Positions 32,700 to 46,816 of a DNA stretch of 64,000 nucleotides are shown piece after piece. A program made the translations under genes and the position numbers. Positions within the stretch are counted from its first letter, which is position 1. Each line of letters starts with the position of its first letter. The notes under the pieces are model-generated. The model was not told the origin of the DNA and made no database searches. It saw only the letters and a program-made list of their open reading frames with translations. The DNA comes from Amphiscolops sp. MND2022. Its lineage: Eukaryota. Location of the stretch: the NCBI GenBank assembly GCA_964187785.1, contig OZ076411.1:35154001-35218000 (forward strand), in the 5' to 3' direction.

Positions 32700-34880
32700 T
32701 CATGTTGACGTAGACTCATAAGTAGGTGCACTAATATTAGAGTAAACACGTGGTTGAACTGTGGGGGCGTTTGGTGCAGCATAATTTGATGGTTTCGGTT
32801 CAACGTGGCGAATTGTTTCACGGGCCAGCAAAATCAGTGCACGGAATTCAGGGTCCGTCAAATACAAAAATGAAGAATCAGTTGAATCGTACTCCGGCGG
32901 AAGGGAGTCGACTATAATAATGAACCGGCCCGAAGTAGTCCGGAAAAAGCGTTGAGGATTGGTGAAAAGCTGTTGCCAATGACGGCGGAACAATGTAAAA
33001 CCCATAGAAATGGTTAAAAGTGACAATGATTGACAATGACGAAAAGCAGTGTTGGTAAATAGGATTGTAAAGCTGCTGATCTGACAGGCGAGATCAGAAA
33101 ATATTATTTGATTCAGGTGATCCAAGGTCTCCGGGGACATGTGTTGAACGTCTGGCAGTTCGGCTAGCTCCTTTCGTTGGCTGCGCAAAACCGCTTGACG
33201 ATCTTCACTAGTAGAAGTTGCCTGAAATTTGGCGCTACCAATAGGGGGTACATGTACCAAGACCTGATTCAAAGACGGAGCCAATTCAATAGAGGCAAGG
33301 AAGGGCTCCGGCCGGGTATCACAAAAGTCCATCTCAGGGTGAAGAACTTGTTCACCCTGGTTAAAAGATAGTGTACTCGAACAGCTAGGGCGTTTGACAC
33401 AAGCCTGACAGGTGATGGTAGAGATGGAAAGGCCGTCAATGCGGCTATCGGTTTTGAATTTGAGGGTGGGAGACCGTTCTGAGGAGTGTCGGTTAAAAGT
33501 ACTGCGCGGACTTCACAGTTGTGTAAGCGGGAATGTGGTAATTGTAGAAAAAGGGTCTCAGGCAAAGAATTTTTGTCTGTTGTTGTCGAGACACCTTTTC
33601 TACATAGTTTAATACGATTGTTACCCGAACATTGCTGCAACGTACTAGCACAGAGCTCTGCAAATCTATTATCAGTTGAGACTGCCTAAAACGGGTTCGC
33701 AAAATTGAAAAGTGATGCAGTCTTCTGGTCATTGTTGGGCTGATACAGAGGCGTGTCATGATAAATGTCCAAGTTCGACGACTTTGAGTTCATTGGGATC
33801 CCAAATATGAGAGATATACCACGTGTTATCGAAGTTACTTCAAGTACTACTTGTATCTCATAGTAAATTGCCCCAAAACCAGGTAAAATTGCTGTGGAGT
33901 TTTGTTCCTCGCTTTACTTCGTCATCTGCTAAGTGTTTCACAATTTGCGCCACTAGCTAATGAGCAGATAGCGGAGTACAAGGAAATACGGTAAGCGTAA
34001 AAAGCGGCACGGTAAGATTTGAAATGGGTGTGAAGTGTTTCGACCTGATGGGCATAATTTCACAAGAATTGTGTCACGCTGATGCGCCGAACACTTACTC
34101 TATCGCATGTAAAACTAGTGGCAGCCAAGTAGCGGGTAGCGTTGACCAAGTGAAAATCCATTTGTTGGAAACGGAGGTTGACGCTGTCTCTCAGTTTCTG
34201 TACACTTTCTTGGGTCTAACTAATTTTGTTACCGAAATTCTTGTTCCGTGTCTACACGCGCTGCAAAGTCAACAATGTCTCGTTGAGTGCTCAATATTCG
34301 TTCTACGTCGCGACTCAAATATTCTTTTGTGTGACAGAGATTGAAGATGGAGAGAGCATCAAAAGCTGCGTTTTGGAGAGGTTCACCAAGAACCCTTCCA
34401 GCACCAGCTGCTATTGATTTGTGTGGACGAGGGTATTAATCGGTTTGTTTGACGCGTGGTGATATGAAAAATTGACAACCTCGAAAAATGTGCTTTCCTG
34501 TTGCTTGGCCGCTGTCAACCCTGTCTGCAGGAAACTGACTCGTGTTGCAAGCTGTTGTAAAAGAAGATTGTAGGTGTTATTAATCTCGGTAAATTCGCCG
34601 TTTGTATTGATATATATGCCTCCAATGCTTTTGCGAGCTGCTTTGAAGTTGATGTTGATGGCGTTGGTAATATTGATTTCAGGAATTTTTGGGAAGGCGG
34701 AGAATACACGGACTTTGCTTTCGCTTCTCGAGGTAACAGCTTGGTATTTTAACACGCTGCACCTTGTTTGAATACAGGTTTTTCCTAGTCATCGTTGAGG
34801 TGCGTTGTGAACTGCACATCCGCAAAGATCAGGACTGACCAAAAGAGCACAAACAGGAACCAGGAATGTTTCGAGATTGG
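32700..34880 (-). pseudogene. env-like membrane glycoprotein remnant (multiple stops and frameshifts)
   Basis: Located after IN. It has a signal-peptide-like FLFVLFWSVLIFADVQ (34812-34868), a heptad-rich segment (ETLLTLQRV..ISETQESVQKLRDSVNLRFQQM), a Cys motif TITCQACVKRPSC..DFCDT and a late hydrophobic stretch in ORF 32700-33332. Confidence 0.55.
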
Positions 34881-35699
34881 AAGTAGGGAAATCCTGAAAA
34901 ACAGAGTAGCCTTGTTAGGCAGTTGATCAGAGCTAATTGAGGGAAAGGTTTTTTTGCGATAATTTCAAGTTACTTTCGAAGTTTTTGAAAAAGGGTTTGT
35001 GTTTGTTATTAATGTGGACCGGTGGTGAGTTGAAGTCGGTTAGATCAGAAGGTAGTAAGGCAGTACACATGGTTTCCGCCAAACGCTGCGTGCATGTGTT
35101 TGCGCGGAGATTGTAAGGCCTGGTTTTCATGTCGCGGAACTGAGCAGCGACGTGTTCAATTAAGTTTCGATGTTCTTTCGGAACAGGTGAATGGGGTGCT
35201 GGATCTTGAAGACAGCTTGACTTCTTACCTGATTGGATTGTGAGAGTGGCGATCGTCTGAAGACCAGGAGATTGGAAAGGTGACGGTATTTAGTCACTGG
35301 AGTTGAAGACAGGTAATGAAGGATGGTTCGACGAGTTAGCAGTGTTTCCTGTCGACTGTGGGGTTAAGGAGGTATGGGGATTTTGATGAGCAGGACTGCA
35401 GAGGCCGTTGTTTAAAATGCATGCAGCACCTATGCGATGTTTCGTGTGTTGCGTTCAAGTCGTTATTCCGTGTTGGGCAATTCGAGTGGACTCGTTTAAC
35501 GGGCTGGGGTAGGTTAGTGGACCTAGGCCAAAGAGGTTTGGACCTATCGCAATGAACAATCATTTCTTTAGATGTTGCGATTTCTTTAGTTTTGTATGTG
35601 ACATCGTTGAAACAGTCGAGTATCAAACATGAGCCTTTCCACGGGGTGTGGAACATAGGCGTTTGGCCAACTGGAACCATTGGTGTGTGGAGCAACACT

Positions 35700-38600
35700 T
35701 TGTCGTTGTTCGTAGGTAGTACCGTTGTACGTTGCGTTGCAACGTTTTTGGTTTTTCTTATTGTTGCCTCGCGTTATTTATTAACTGATATCAACATTTT
35801 TTATTCAAGTTCAAAAGGTCATTGGTTCTTCGTTTTCAGGTGCATGATGTATCGAATCGATTGGCAAGGACTTCTCTCGCCCATGATCAAGAAATTGAGG
35901 CGAATAACTGGTTGATTTATGTACAAATAACCGGTAGACCATCATCACGTACGGTAACTGTTGCGTCCAGTTACTTCGTTCAGCGTTTACACTTTGCTAG
36001 CATGTTTTGGAGTGTTCGGCTCATCCGCTCGATCACTGCATTAGACTGAGCGCCTAAAAGCAGTTGTTCTTGTTTTTTAGGTGCCTTGTTCTTTCTTTGT
36101 CATGAAAGTCTAGAACAACTTGGATTCAAAATTACGTCGTTGATCACCGTGAATACTGTAAAGGCAACCTAATCGACAGATCCAATGTTCGATAAGAGCA
36201 GTAGCCATTGTTGTTGCTTGTTGATCTGGCAAAGGTACTGCCTCATACCATTTTGTAAAATGATCCTCTATCAACAGAATTACCTTGTTTCCATTCGAAA
36301 CCGACAATTTGCCCATAAAATCGATTCCAATTTCAGAAAACTTGGGACTTTCAGAAATCTTTTCTGGTCATGCTAATTTTTAGGACATCGTTCATTTCAA
36401 AATGACAACGCATGTGCTCCAGAGACGCTCGAAGTGAAGTTTACGTTGGCTTTTTTAGAAACGTTCATTAGTCAACAAGTGGTATGGGAAGCGGTGTTCA
36501 CCAGGTAGTGGTTGTACCCAGAGGGGCACAGTTTGCTTCGAAATGTCCTCCGGATACTGCGATGGGAACTTTCGTTTGAATGATCGGGCTTTTCCAGAAC
36601 TCATTCTGAAATCAGCTGAGATACAGTGTACTAGCGACTCAGATGAAGTGAATGAATCTCCCTTCACTTCACGATACTTGACAATGCTGTTTTCTGTAAT
36701 AAGTATTGCTTCAATGGGTACCTTGTGTCTGCTGTTGTTCTATAAGGTCGCCTGCTTTGCTTTTGCTCTGAGTATTCACCATTCGTTGAGCTCAATAATA
36801 GCGTGGAGTGATATCCTTGCTGTATCTTCAGGAACGAAGTTGATACGGTGGTTAGGTTTTGCGTTCGGCCATTGCTTGTCATTGTGGTAAGCTTTTGTAT
36901 TTGTGGCATGTTTTTGCTGGGCCTTCTCGAGCTACTTGGTCAGACGTAGTAGGTGTTCCTGACAGCATATTGGCGTGTCCAATAGATTTGCCGGGTCTGT
37001 TGCACTTCGTAATCGAAGGCCGCTAACGTTTCCATCCAGCGTGCAATGAGACTATCTGGGTCTTCGAAATTATGTAACCACCGAATGGCCCTATGGTCTG
37101 TGATAATTTCTCAATTTTTTTCTCTCTCTGTGTGTGTAACAACTTTCTCCTGAGTAGGAGTTGTAAGTACCCGGTGAAGTGGACCATGGCTAGAAGTTCA
37201 GGTTTTGTTGCCGAAGACTTTGATTGCGGCTTGGAGAATGCCTTTGATGCATAGCATATTGCACGTTCCTGGCCATTTTGAACTTCGGCCAAAACGGCTC
37301 TCATGGCGAGTTAACTGGCATCCGTATACAGGGGGTGAAAGGATCTTTGATTGTGGGAAGGACTAAACTTGGGGTTGTGAGCAGTCGTGCTTTCAAATCA
37401 TCAAACGCTTGTAGTGCCTCGGTTGTCCACTTGAAGGGGGATGTTGTTTCACTTGCTGTATGCAAGGGGCGAACTATTTCAGCAAAAGTTTTGTTCTAGC
37501 GTGTATAGTAGAATCAGAAGCCCAAGAATGACTTCACCTGTGTGGGCCAACTAGAAGGCCTTCTTTGCTCATGACATGGCCCAAGAAATGAACCTTGGTA
37601 CGGGAGAATTGACACTTCAGGGGATGTATTTTCAAGTTGGCATGTCGGAACCTGCTTGTAACTTCTCACTCGTTCGATGTGTTCCTCTGGTGAAGCGGCA
37701 AAGATGATACAATAGTCAAGGTAGGCAGTACGATAAATATGCCGCAAAAGTGGAAGTTATCTTCAAGTGTAAAGTGTATTTTCCGTAAAACGCGAGCGAA
37801 CCGTGTTCTAGTCAAACAGTGCATCGTGTTCATCGCGGATTGTGATGCACCTTGTAATCAGAAATTGCGGATTGTGGTCATTGAGCGTAATTAGAAAACA
37901 GTGGAAACCAGTCAAGAATGTTCAACCTACAATTGATTCATCCGTAATGTGAATGAAGTGTAAATTAGGCAATCTTTGACTAGAATTCACTTTTGGAGTA
38001 ATTAGACTTATCATTCGATGAAAATGGGGAAAGTGAACAAAGTTTCACTACTTTACACCAAAGATCCTATTGCTTTCTTACTTAACAAAAACGCTTCACA
38101 TTGTAATTGCCGCTGCAGCAGTCGGTGATTAGTTTGACTGTTTTACACTATTCATTTTGACTGGTTTACACTAGTTTGACTAATTCACAATTACAGGAAA
38201 AGAAAAGAGCCTTGTGAAATGTTTCGTGTTTTTTATATGCGCGGACAACAACCTGCGAGACCGTGCAGCAGAAAAACATCTACTTTTCCAACGCATCAAC
38301 ATGGCCGTGCACAGGTCGAACGGGTCCTTTTTGTAATACATATTCAGGCGTCAAATTGAAAACAAATATTTGTTTCATGTATGTAGTGATCACTAGAGCT
38401 GCGCCCCAATCGGCCGCTGTTAACAATGCACGGTAATTAATAACCATTCTAAGAGCGATCGAAGCATCTTGAGTTATTTTTACTCACGGTGGGTACAAAA
38501 TTTTTCTTCAATCAAGTTCGAGCTGTTAATACGGCGTATCAAATCCAACTACTATTAATACTGTGGTATCTGGTAACTGCTCAAAACTTGTGCTTGCCTC

Positions 38601-40549
38601 ATTTCAGTTGCGTTTATGCTAACATGGCCATGTTTAAGATGATAAAAAGATCTGTGGTAACTTCTCGTCGAAATTATTTGAGAGAAAATGAGAGTAGAGA
38701 AAATCGAAGCAAATGTGGGGTGTCATAGTAATAGAGTCTTTTGTCCTCGAATCATGTTTTTCCTTGGGTCTAGGGTTGAGACAAGTAGACTTGTTTTGTG
38801 CGATTCAATGTCATAATCGTATATCCAATATTGGACCACGAAGAAAAAAATCACTAATTCACACCCTTCGCCAAAGTGAATTCCAGTCAAAATGTGTACC
38901 AGGTTAGAAAAAAAATTATGAATGCTTCAGAGTGGAAAACAGTCAAAGTTATCACTAACTAGCACACTTTGATTGTTTTTCACTTTGAAAAAGAATTCCA
39001 GTCAAAATGTGTACCAGGTTAAAGTGTAAAACAATCAACTTCCGTCTTCGTGTGTGAAGTGGAAACCAGTCAAAGTACGTAATTTTAGATAGTGGAAAGT
39101 AGTCATTTACTGCGCGTAACGTGTGATTTTGATCACTGCGCGTAACGCCAAATCACACAGCGTAACGAGCAAAACACGTAACGCGTATTTGAAATAATAT
39201 CGCGTTTTTATTGGCTGTTAATGGAACTAGCAAGATCTTGCTAGTTCGTTGCGGTATATGTATCGTAATGGGGGATAGTTGTTTTCCAGATAAGTTTTGC
39301 TAAGACGATTTCCATTGTATTTTGGAACGTCGTGGGCTATATGCGAGACCCATCGGAATATGGAGAGGCGTTCTTCGATTTGGAATTTCAATCGGCTTTG
39401 ATCCCGGATGTACGTTTATCTTGTATCGTAGCTTCACAACGACCAATGTTCCATTGGTTTTGCGAAAACACATCGTCGTATTCATGAACAAGTTCTGCGA
39501 ACCCTTTTTTTTACCTTCAGTGGAATTTCTGGACTAACTCTATCCATTACGTTTTTCGAATGGTACGATTCATCGTTTTCGTTTGTTGTACTTCAAGCTT
39601 TTTGTTTCGGTTACTACGTTTTGTGTGGGTGATTTAGAGACTACTTCCGAAGTCTTTTCCGCACAAGATAAGTGGCTCTTCAGAATTGTCGATAGTTACC
39701 GGGATATTTTTTCTCAGCAAAGTTGAACAAAATGCTTGGGGCCTCTGCATCGAACCGTTCGTGCTGCTCAAAAATTGCTACACCGTCATTCAATGGGCGT
39801 TTCCTGTCCGTGGTGTCTTGGTGGTACCGAAACTGTCTCCGACACCACCACTCTGAACACAGTTGTCGTAGCATCAGTGAGCTGACGATGATACAAGGGG
39901 ACTGTCGTCTTTTCATCGACGCGCAGTAAATCTTGGTAAACTAACGGGTCGCATTTATGAGTTTTCAGGAAGTCTAAGCCGAGTAGACAATCGGCTTCTG
40001 CTTGCTCCAGAACATGAAACGCATGTTCGTTTCGTCTCGGACCGATTTTCAAAGGTTGTTGCACAATGCCACGTGTTACTATAGGTTGAATATTGGCTGC
40101 CACTAGCTTCGTGTTTGACGGTTTCCCCTCTAATTTAGTCAAATTCTATTTCCCAAGTGCCTCAGAACTCTGGCAAGACACACTCGCTCCACTATCACAC
40201 ACAGCCTCAATCGCTGTATCAAAAGTTTTTATACCAGCCTGACATAAGTGCTGCCGTATTAAATTGTTGCAGGAAATCTTCGAAATCACCTTTTCCTGTG
40301 AAAGAAAGACTTTGGCATCAGGCATGACGGAAGCGGGCGGGGCTATGTATGGAACACTAGTTGTGGTTGTCTACCGCCAGGCAGAGTGGAAAAGGAAGCT
40401 GTTGGGGTTGTACTAGTGTTAGAAGCCATAGTAGGTCCTTGTATGGGGGCTTGGGAACTACTTGCGCTACCACTATTAACTGGGGTTGTAGTAGTGGTGG
40501 TCACCGATGTCGAGGTGGCTGTTGCGGGGGTGCTTGGTTGGGTGCTCAT
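35700..40549 (-). pseudogene. Gypsy gag remnant and pol (PR, RT, RNase H, IN), heavily disrupted
   Basis: PR: AVCDSGAS (about 40190) and ADCLLGLDFL. RT: PMGL..TFQ and AYLDY.IIF. RH: ERAICYASKAF..KPELLAMV. IN: EDHFTKWYEAVPLPDQ..SIHGDQRRNFES. Most of gag and early RT are deleted. Confidence 0.9.
37731..39265. mobile_element. 1535-bp non-autonomous TIR element (TA target, Tc1/mariner-type) inserted in the RT domain
   Basis: TIRs CGATAAATATGCCGCAA and TTGCGGTATATGTATCG match at 15/17. TA lies on both sides (37729-30, 39266-67). Removing the insert rejoins the RT region ..IVLAKLIW..PHYC / AYLD. Confidence 0.8.
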
Positions 40550-43500
40550 TCTTTTTTTGGAACGTCTGCGCTAGATCTAGAACGTTTCACATGTGATCCG
40601 TTCGCAGCGGACCAGAACAGACTAGGTGGTTTGCAGTCGGGTAGACCAAATGGAATGGATTCGTTAAGTGTACTGCTAGAAATTGAATATGAGAAGCAGA
40701 AATGTTGGCTAATTGAGGTACATAAGGACGCACAAGAAGCTTTTACACTTGCATTATCTTCGACACGACCATACGGGATTGTAGAACAAATGTTTCGATG
40801 TTGCCAATTTTGAATAGCTTCTAGACGCAAATCTATCGACAGTTCGTGTGCTGTGAAACGCCGTTCTGGTTCATGCGATAAAGGAGTTTTGAAAATTTTC
40901 ACTTGGCAGAAGTAGCAAACAATGACTAAATTTCGCGGCGGTGTATTTGATAAAACGGAAACAGGTATGCCGAAAGTGTACATCAGGCCGCTCTCACAGA
41001 GACGTATAGTCCAATCGTTGAGTTTGGAGTGCTTTACGAGTTATATTCATCTTGTTGATTTTTTACGACATCGCACGAAGAGCTAAAACGGTTAAAAGAA
41101 GCGCGAAACAGAGAGTCAAGAGTAGCAAACTCAAAACGCAGGACGTGAACAACTGTTTTTCACCTTTTACGCTGTAAACAGGCGGAGGACTAGGTGGTCG
41201 AAGCAGTCGTTGAGGCAAAACGTACAACGTGGGGTGAGAATGCTTATTATGAGTACTGGGCATATCGACAAAAACACTCACAGCTGTGATTAGAATTTAG
41301 GTTACCAAAAGAAAACGAAACTAATTTTGAAGAAATTACAACTCAAACGCTATTGTATGTTTTACGACAAGCATTTATCGTGTATGCCCTTAAAACTTAT
41401 CGGCCTTGATTCAAATGTGCCATTTTAAAGCCTGAGACACTCCGAAGCGGAAAGACAGCATTGAGCTAGGCACGGACCATGTCTGGATTGGAAATCTTAT
41501 GGGCAACACTGACAAACCAGGAAATAGCACATTTCAGAGAAAGAAGTTTTCGGATCGGGTCCATGGTTGAGAATAATTTGATTCTAAGTTACTTTGATTT
41601 TATGAAAGAAAAGTTCCTTTTTTTACAGATATATCACTCCTGTCACCATTTTAACTAGCTTTTTACTAGGTGTTAATTGCTTTCATTTTTTGATGCGTGG
41701 AGCGTTTGTTGGGGTAATCGGGTTTTCTATGACTTTGAAGTGACTAGCGGGTATTTCCAGAAGAGAAAAATTATACAAGGAAAAGAAAACTTTAAATTGT
41801 CTTCAAAGAACAGAATTAAGAAGAGTATATTTATGGCGAATAATTTGCTACTTACATTGGGCTCGGTTATTGGATGTTATGATTCTGCTGAATTTCTGTT
41901 TTTGATAATATTTCTGCAGGTGCAGAACCTCTTTCCAGTTGTTGAAATTTTAAAATCTGCACTGAGTAATAAGGGTCTTCTAATAAAGGAGCAGCTGAAC
42001 TAGGCTGACAAAATATAAGTTTTGCACCGGGTAATAAGAAGGTTTCAATAAAGGAGCAGCTGAAATATGGGGCGGCTGAAGAAATGGGCGGTTGAATAAT
42101 GCTGAACAAACGTAATAAAAATAATACTGCAAGGAAGCTGTAATTCTGAAAACGAACACGAGGCTTTTTAACACTGCCTGGATGTCAGTGAATATTGTTT
42201 GTAAAGTTTTAAAAGAAATTGCACATCGATAAAAATTTTACCTTGTATAAGTGTTGACTGCATAGTATCAAGCAACACCTAATACAAGTAAGGTATTTTA
42301 GGTATATATCACATGTATAAAAATGTCACTTGCCTGTTTGCTGTCTGCTAGACTATCAAAAATTCGATATATCCAAATTTTTGTCCTTACCGAACTAGCT
42401 TTTTTTACACTTGCATTATCGCCACGACCATACGGGAATTTTGATCAAATGTTTCGATGTTGCCAATTGTGAATAGCTTCTAGAGGCAAATGAATCGACC
42501 GTTCGTGTGCTTTGAAACGCCGTTCTGGTTGATGCGATGAAGGAGTTTTGAAGTTTCACTTGGCAGAAGTAGCGAGGAAAAACTAAATATTGAGGCGATG
42601 TAATTGACAAAACGGAAACAGGTATTCTAAAAGTCTACATCAGGCCGCTCTTAGAGAGACGTATAGTCCAATCTTTGAGTTTGGTGTGCTTAACAAGTTT
42701 TTCTTCTCTTGTTGTTTTCGTACTACATCGCACGAAGAGCTAAAACGGTTAAAAGAAGCGCGAAACAGAGAGTCAAGAGTAGCAAACTCAAAACGCAGGA
42801 CGTGAACAACTGTTTTTCACCTTTTTCGCTGTAAACAGGCGGAGGACTAGGTGGTCGAAGCAGTCGTTGAGGCAAAACGTACAACGTGGGGTGAGAATGC
42901 TTATTATGAGTACTGGGCATATCGACAAAAACACTCACAGCTGTGATTAGAATTTAGGTTACCAAAAGAAAACGAAACTAATTTTGAAGAAAAGATTACA
43001 ACTCAAACGCTATTGTATAAGTTACGACAAGTAGTTACCGTGTAGGCCCTTAACACTTATCGGCCTTGATTCAAATGTGCCATTTTAAATCCTGAGACAC
43101 TCCGAAACGGAACGACAGCATTGAGCTGGAAAGCTAGACACGGACTATATCTGGATTGGAAATCTTATGGGCAATACTGGCGAACCAGGAAATAGCACAT
43201 TTCAAAGAAAAAAGTTTTCGGATCGGGTCTAGGGCTAAGAATGTTTTGATTCTAAGTTACTTTATTTTTATGAAAGAAAAGTTTTCTTTTCACATATCTC
43301 ACTACTGTCACCATTTTAACTAGCTTTTTACTAGGTGTCAATTGGTTCCATCTTTTGATGCGTGGGGCGTTTGTTGGGGTATTTGTGTTTTCTGTGTCTT
43401 CAAAGTGACAGTGGGTATTTCTAGAAGAGAAAAATTATACAAGAAAGTGAAAACTTTAAGTTATCCTCAAAGAAAATTGAGAAGAGTAATTTTTTGGCGA

Positions 43501-46500
43501 ATAAATTGCTTCTTACACTTTTTGATAAAAATTCTGCAGGTGAAGAACCTCGATTCAGTTGATGAAATTTCAAAATGTGCACTGTGTAATAAGGGTTTTC
43601 TAATAAAGGAGCAGCTGATATAGGCTGACAAAATATTCAGTTTTGCACCGGGTAATAAGAAGGTTTCAATAAAAGAGCAGCTGAAATAAGGGGGCGGTTG
43701 AAGAAATAGGCGGTTGAATAATGCTGAACAAAAGTAGTAAAATTATTTAATACTGCAAGGAAGCTGTGATTCTGAAAACGAACACGAGGCTTTTTAACAC
43801 TGCCTGGATGTCAGTGAAAATTGTTAGTGAAGTTTTAAAAGAAATTGCACATAGATAAAAATTTACCTTGTATAAGTGTAGACTGTTTAGTACCAAGCAA
43901 CACTTAATATAAGTAAGGTATATTAGGTCTCAAATGTATATAAAATGCCACTTGCCTGTTTGCTGTCTGCTGCACTATCAAAAATGCGATATATCCAAAT
44001 TTTTGTCCTTACCGAACTAGCTTTTACACTTGCATTATCATCGCCACGACCATACGGGAATTTTGAACAAATGTTTCGATGTTGCCAATTGTGAATAGCT
44101 TCTAGAGGCAAATGAATCGACAGTTCGTGTGCTTTGAAACGACGTTCTGGTTGATGCGATAAAGGAGTTTTGAAAGGTTTCACTTGGCAGAAGTAGCAAG
44201 GAAAAACTAAATGTTGAGGCGGTGTAATTGACAAAACGGAAACAATATGCTAAAAGTGTACATCAGGCGCTCTTAGAGGGCGTATAGTCCAATCTTTGAG
44301 TTTGGGGTGCTTAACAAGTTTTTCTTATCTTGTTGGTTTCGTACGACATCGCACAAAACAGTTGAAAGAAGCGCGAAACAGAGAGTCAAGAGTAGCAAAC
44401 TCAAAACGCAGGACGTGAACAACGGTTTTTCACTTTATTCGCTGTAAACAGGCGGAGGACTAGGTGGTCGAAGCAGTCGTTGAGGCAGAACGTACAACGT
44501 GGGGTGAGAATGCTTATTATGAGTACTGGGCATATCGACAAAAACACTCACAGCTGTGATTAGAATTTAGGTTACCAAAAGAAAACGAAACTAATTTTGA
44601 AGAAAAGATTACAACTCAAACGCTATTGTATAAGTTACGACAAGCACTTACCGTGTAGGCTCTTAAAACTTATCGGCCTTGATTCAAATGTGCCATTTTA
44701 AAGCCTGAGACACTCCGAAGCGGAACGACAGCATTGAGCTGGAAAGCTAGACACGGACTATATCTGGATTGGAAATCTTATGGGCAATACTGGCGAACCA
44801 GGAAATAGCACATTTCAAAGAAAAAAGTTTTCGGATCGGGTCTACGGCTAAGAATGTTTTGATTCTAAGTTACTTTAATGTTATGAAAGAAAAAAGTTTT
44901 CTTTTCACATATCTCACTACTGTCACCATTTTAACTAGCTTTTTACAAGGTGTCAATTGGTTCCATCTTTCGATGCGTGGGGCGTTTGTTGGGGTATTTG
45001 TGTTTTCAATGTCTTCAAAGTGACAGTGGGTATTTCTAGAAGAGAAAAATTATACAAGAAAGTGAAAAGTTTAAGTTATCTTCAAAGAAAATTGAGAAGA
45101 TAAATTTTTTGGCGAATAAATTGCTTCTTACACTTTTTGATAAAAATTCTGCAGGTGAAGAACCTCGATTCAGTTGATGAAATTTCAAAATCTGCACTGT
45201 GTAATAAGGGTTTTCTAATAAAGGAGCAGCTGATATAGGCTGACAAAATATACAGTTTTGCACCGGGTAATAAGGTTTCAATAAAAGAGCAGCTGAAATA
45301 AGGGGGCGGTTGAAGAAATAGGCGGTTGAATAATGCTGAACAAAAGTAGTAAAATTATTTAATACTGCAAGGAAGCTGTAATTCTGAAAACGAACACGAG
45401 GCTTTTTAACACTGCCTGGATGTCAGTGAATATTGTTTGTAAAGTTTTAAAAGAAATTGCACATAGATAAAAATTTTACCTTGTATAAGTGTAGACTGTT
45501 TAGTACCAAGCAACACTTAATATAAGTAAGGTATATTAGGTCTCAAATGTATATAAAATGCCACTTGCCTGTTTGCTGTCTGCTGCACTATCAAAAATGC
45601 GATATATCCAAATTTTTGTCCTCACCGAACTAGCTTTTACACTTGCATTATCATCGCCACGACCATACGGGAATTTTGAACAAATGTTTCGATGTTGCCA
45701 ATTGTGAATAGCTTCTAAAGGCAAATGAATCGACAGTTCGTGTGCTTTGAAACGACGTTCTGGTTGATGCGATAAAGGAGTTTTGAAAATTTTCACTTGG
45801 CAGAAGTAGCAAGGAAAAACTAAATGTTGAGGCGGTGTAATTGACAAAACGGAAACAGGTATGCTAAAAGTGTACATCAGGCCGCTCTTAGAGGGACGTA
45901 TAGTCCAATCTTTGAGTTTGGGGTGCTTAACAAGTTTTTCTTATCTTGTTGGTTTCGTACGACATCGCACAAAACAGTTGAAAGAAGCGCGAAACAGAGA
46001 GTCAAGAGTAGCAAACTCAAAACGCAGGACGTGAACAACGGTTTTTCACGTTTTTCGCTGTAAACAGGCGGAGGACTAGGTGGTCGAAGCAGTCGTTGAG
46101 GCAAAACGTACAACGTGGGGTGAGAGTGCTCATTACGAGTACAGGTCATATCGACAAAAACACTTACAGCTATGATTAGAATTTAGGTTACCAGAAAGAA
46201 AACGAAACTACTTTTGACGAAAAGATTACAACTCAAACGCTATTGTATGTGTTACGACAAGCACTTACCGTGTAGGCCCTTAACACTTATCGGCCTTAAT
46301 TCAAATGTGCCATTTTAAAGCCTGAGACACTCCGATGCGGGAAGAAGGCATTGAGCTGGAAAGCTAGACACGGACTATATCTGGATTGGAAATCTTATGG
46401 GCAATACTGGCGAACCAGGAAATAACACATTTCAAAGAAAAAAGTTTTCGGATCGGGTCTAGCGCTAAGAATGTTTTGATTCTAAGTTACTTTAATTTTA

Positions 46501-46527
46501 TGAAAGAAAAAAGTATTCTTTTCACAT

Positions 46528-46545
46528 ATCTCACTCCTGTCACCA
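46528..46545 (-). promoter_or_regulatory. Primer-binding site, tRNA-Leu-like (other copies end at 41648, 43313, 44928)
   Basis: TGGTGACAGGAGTGAGAT matches the complement of the 3' end of animal tRNA-Leu(CAG), TGGTGTCAGGAGTGGGAT as I recall it, at 16/18. It lies directly inside the LTR boundary. Confidence 0.7.
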
Positions 46546-46816
46546 TTTTAACTAGCTTTTTACTAGTTTTCAATTGGTTTCATCTCTTGATGCGTGGGGC
46601 GTTTGTTGGGGTAATTGTGTTTTCTATGTCTTCAAAGTGACAGTGGGTATTTCTAGAAGAGAAAAATTATAAAGAAAGTGAAAACTTTAAATTATCTTCA
46701 AAGAAAATTGAGAAGAGTAAGTTTTTGGCGAATAAATTGCTTCTTGCACTTTTTGATAAAAATTCTGCAGGTGCAGAACCTCGATTCAGTTGATGAAATA
46801 TTAAAATCTGCACTGT

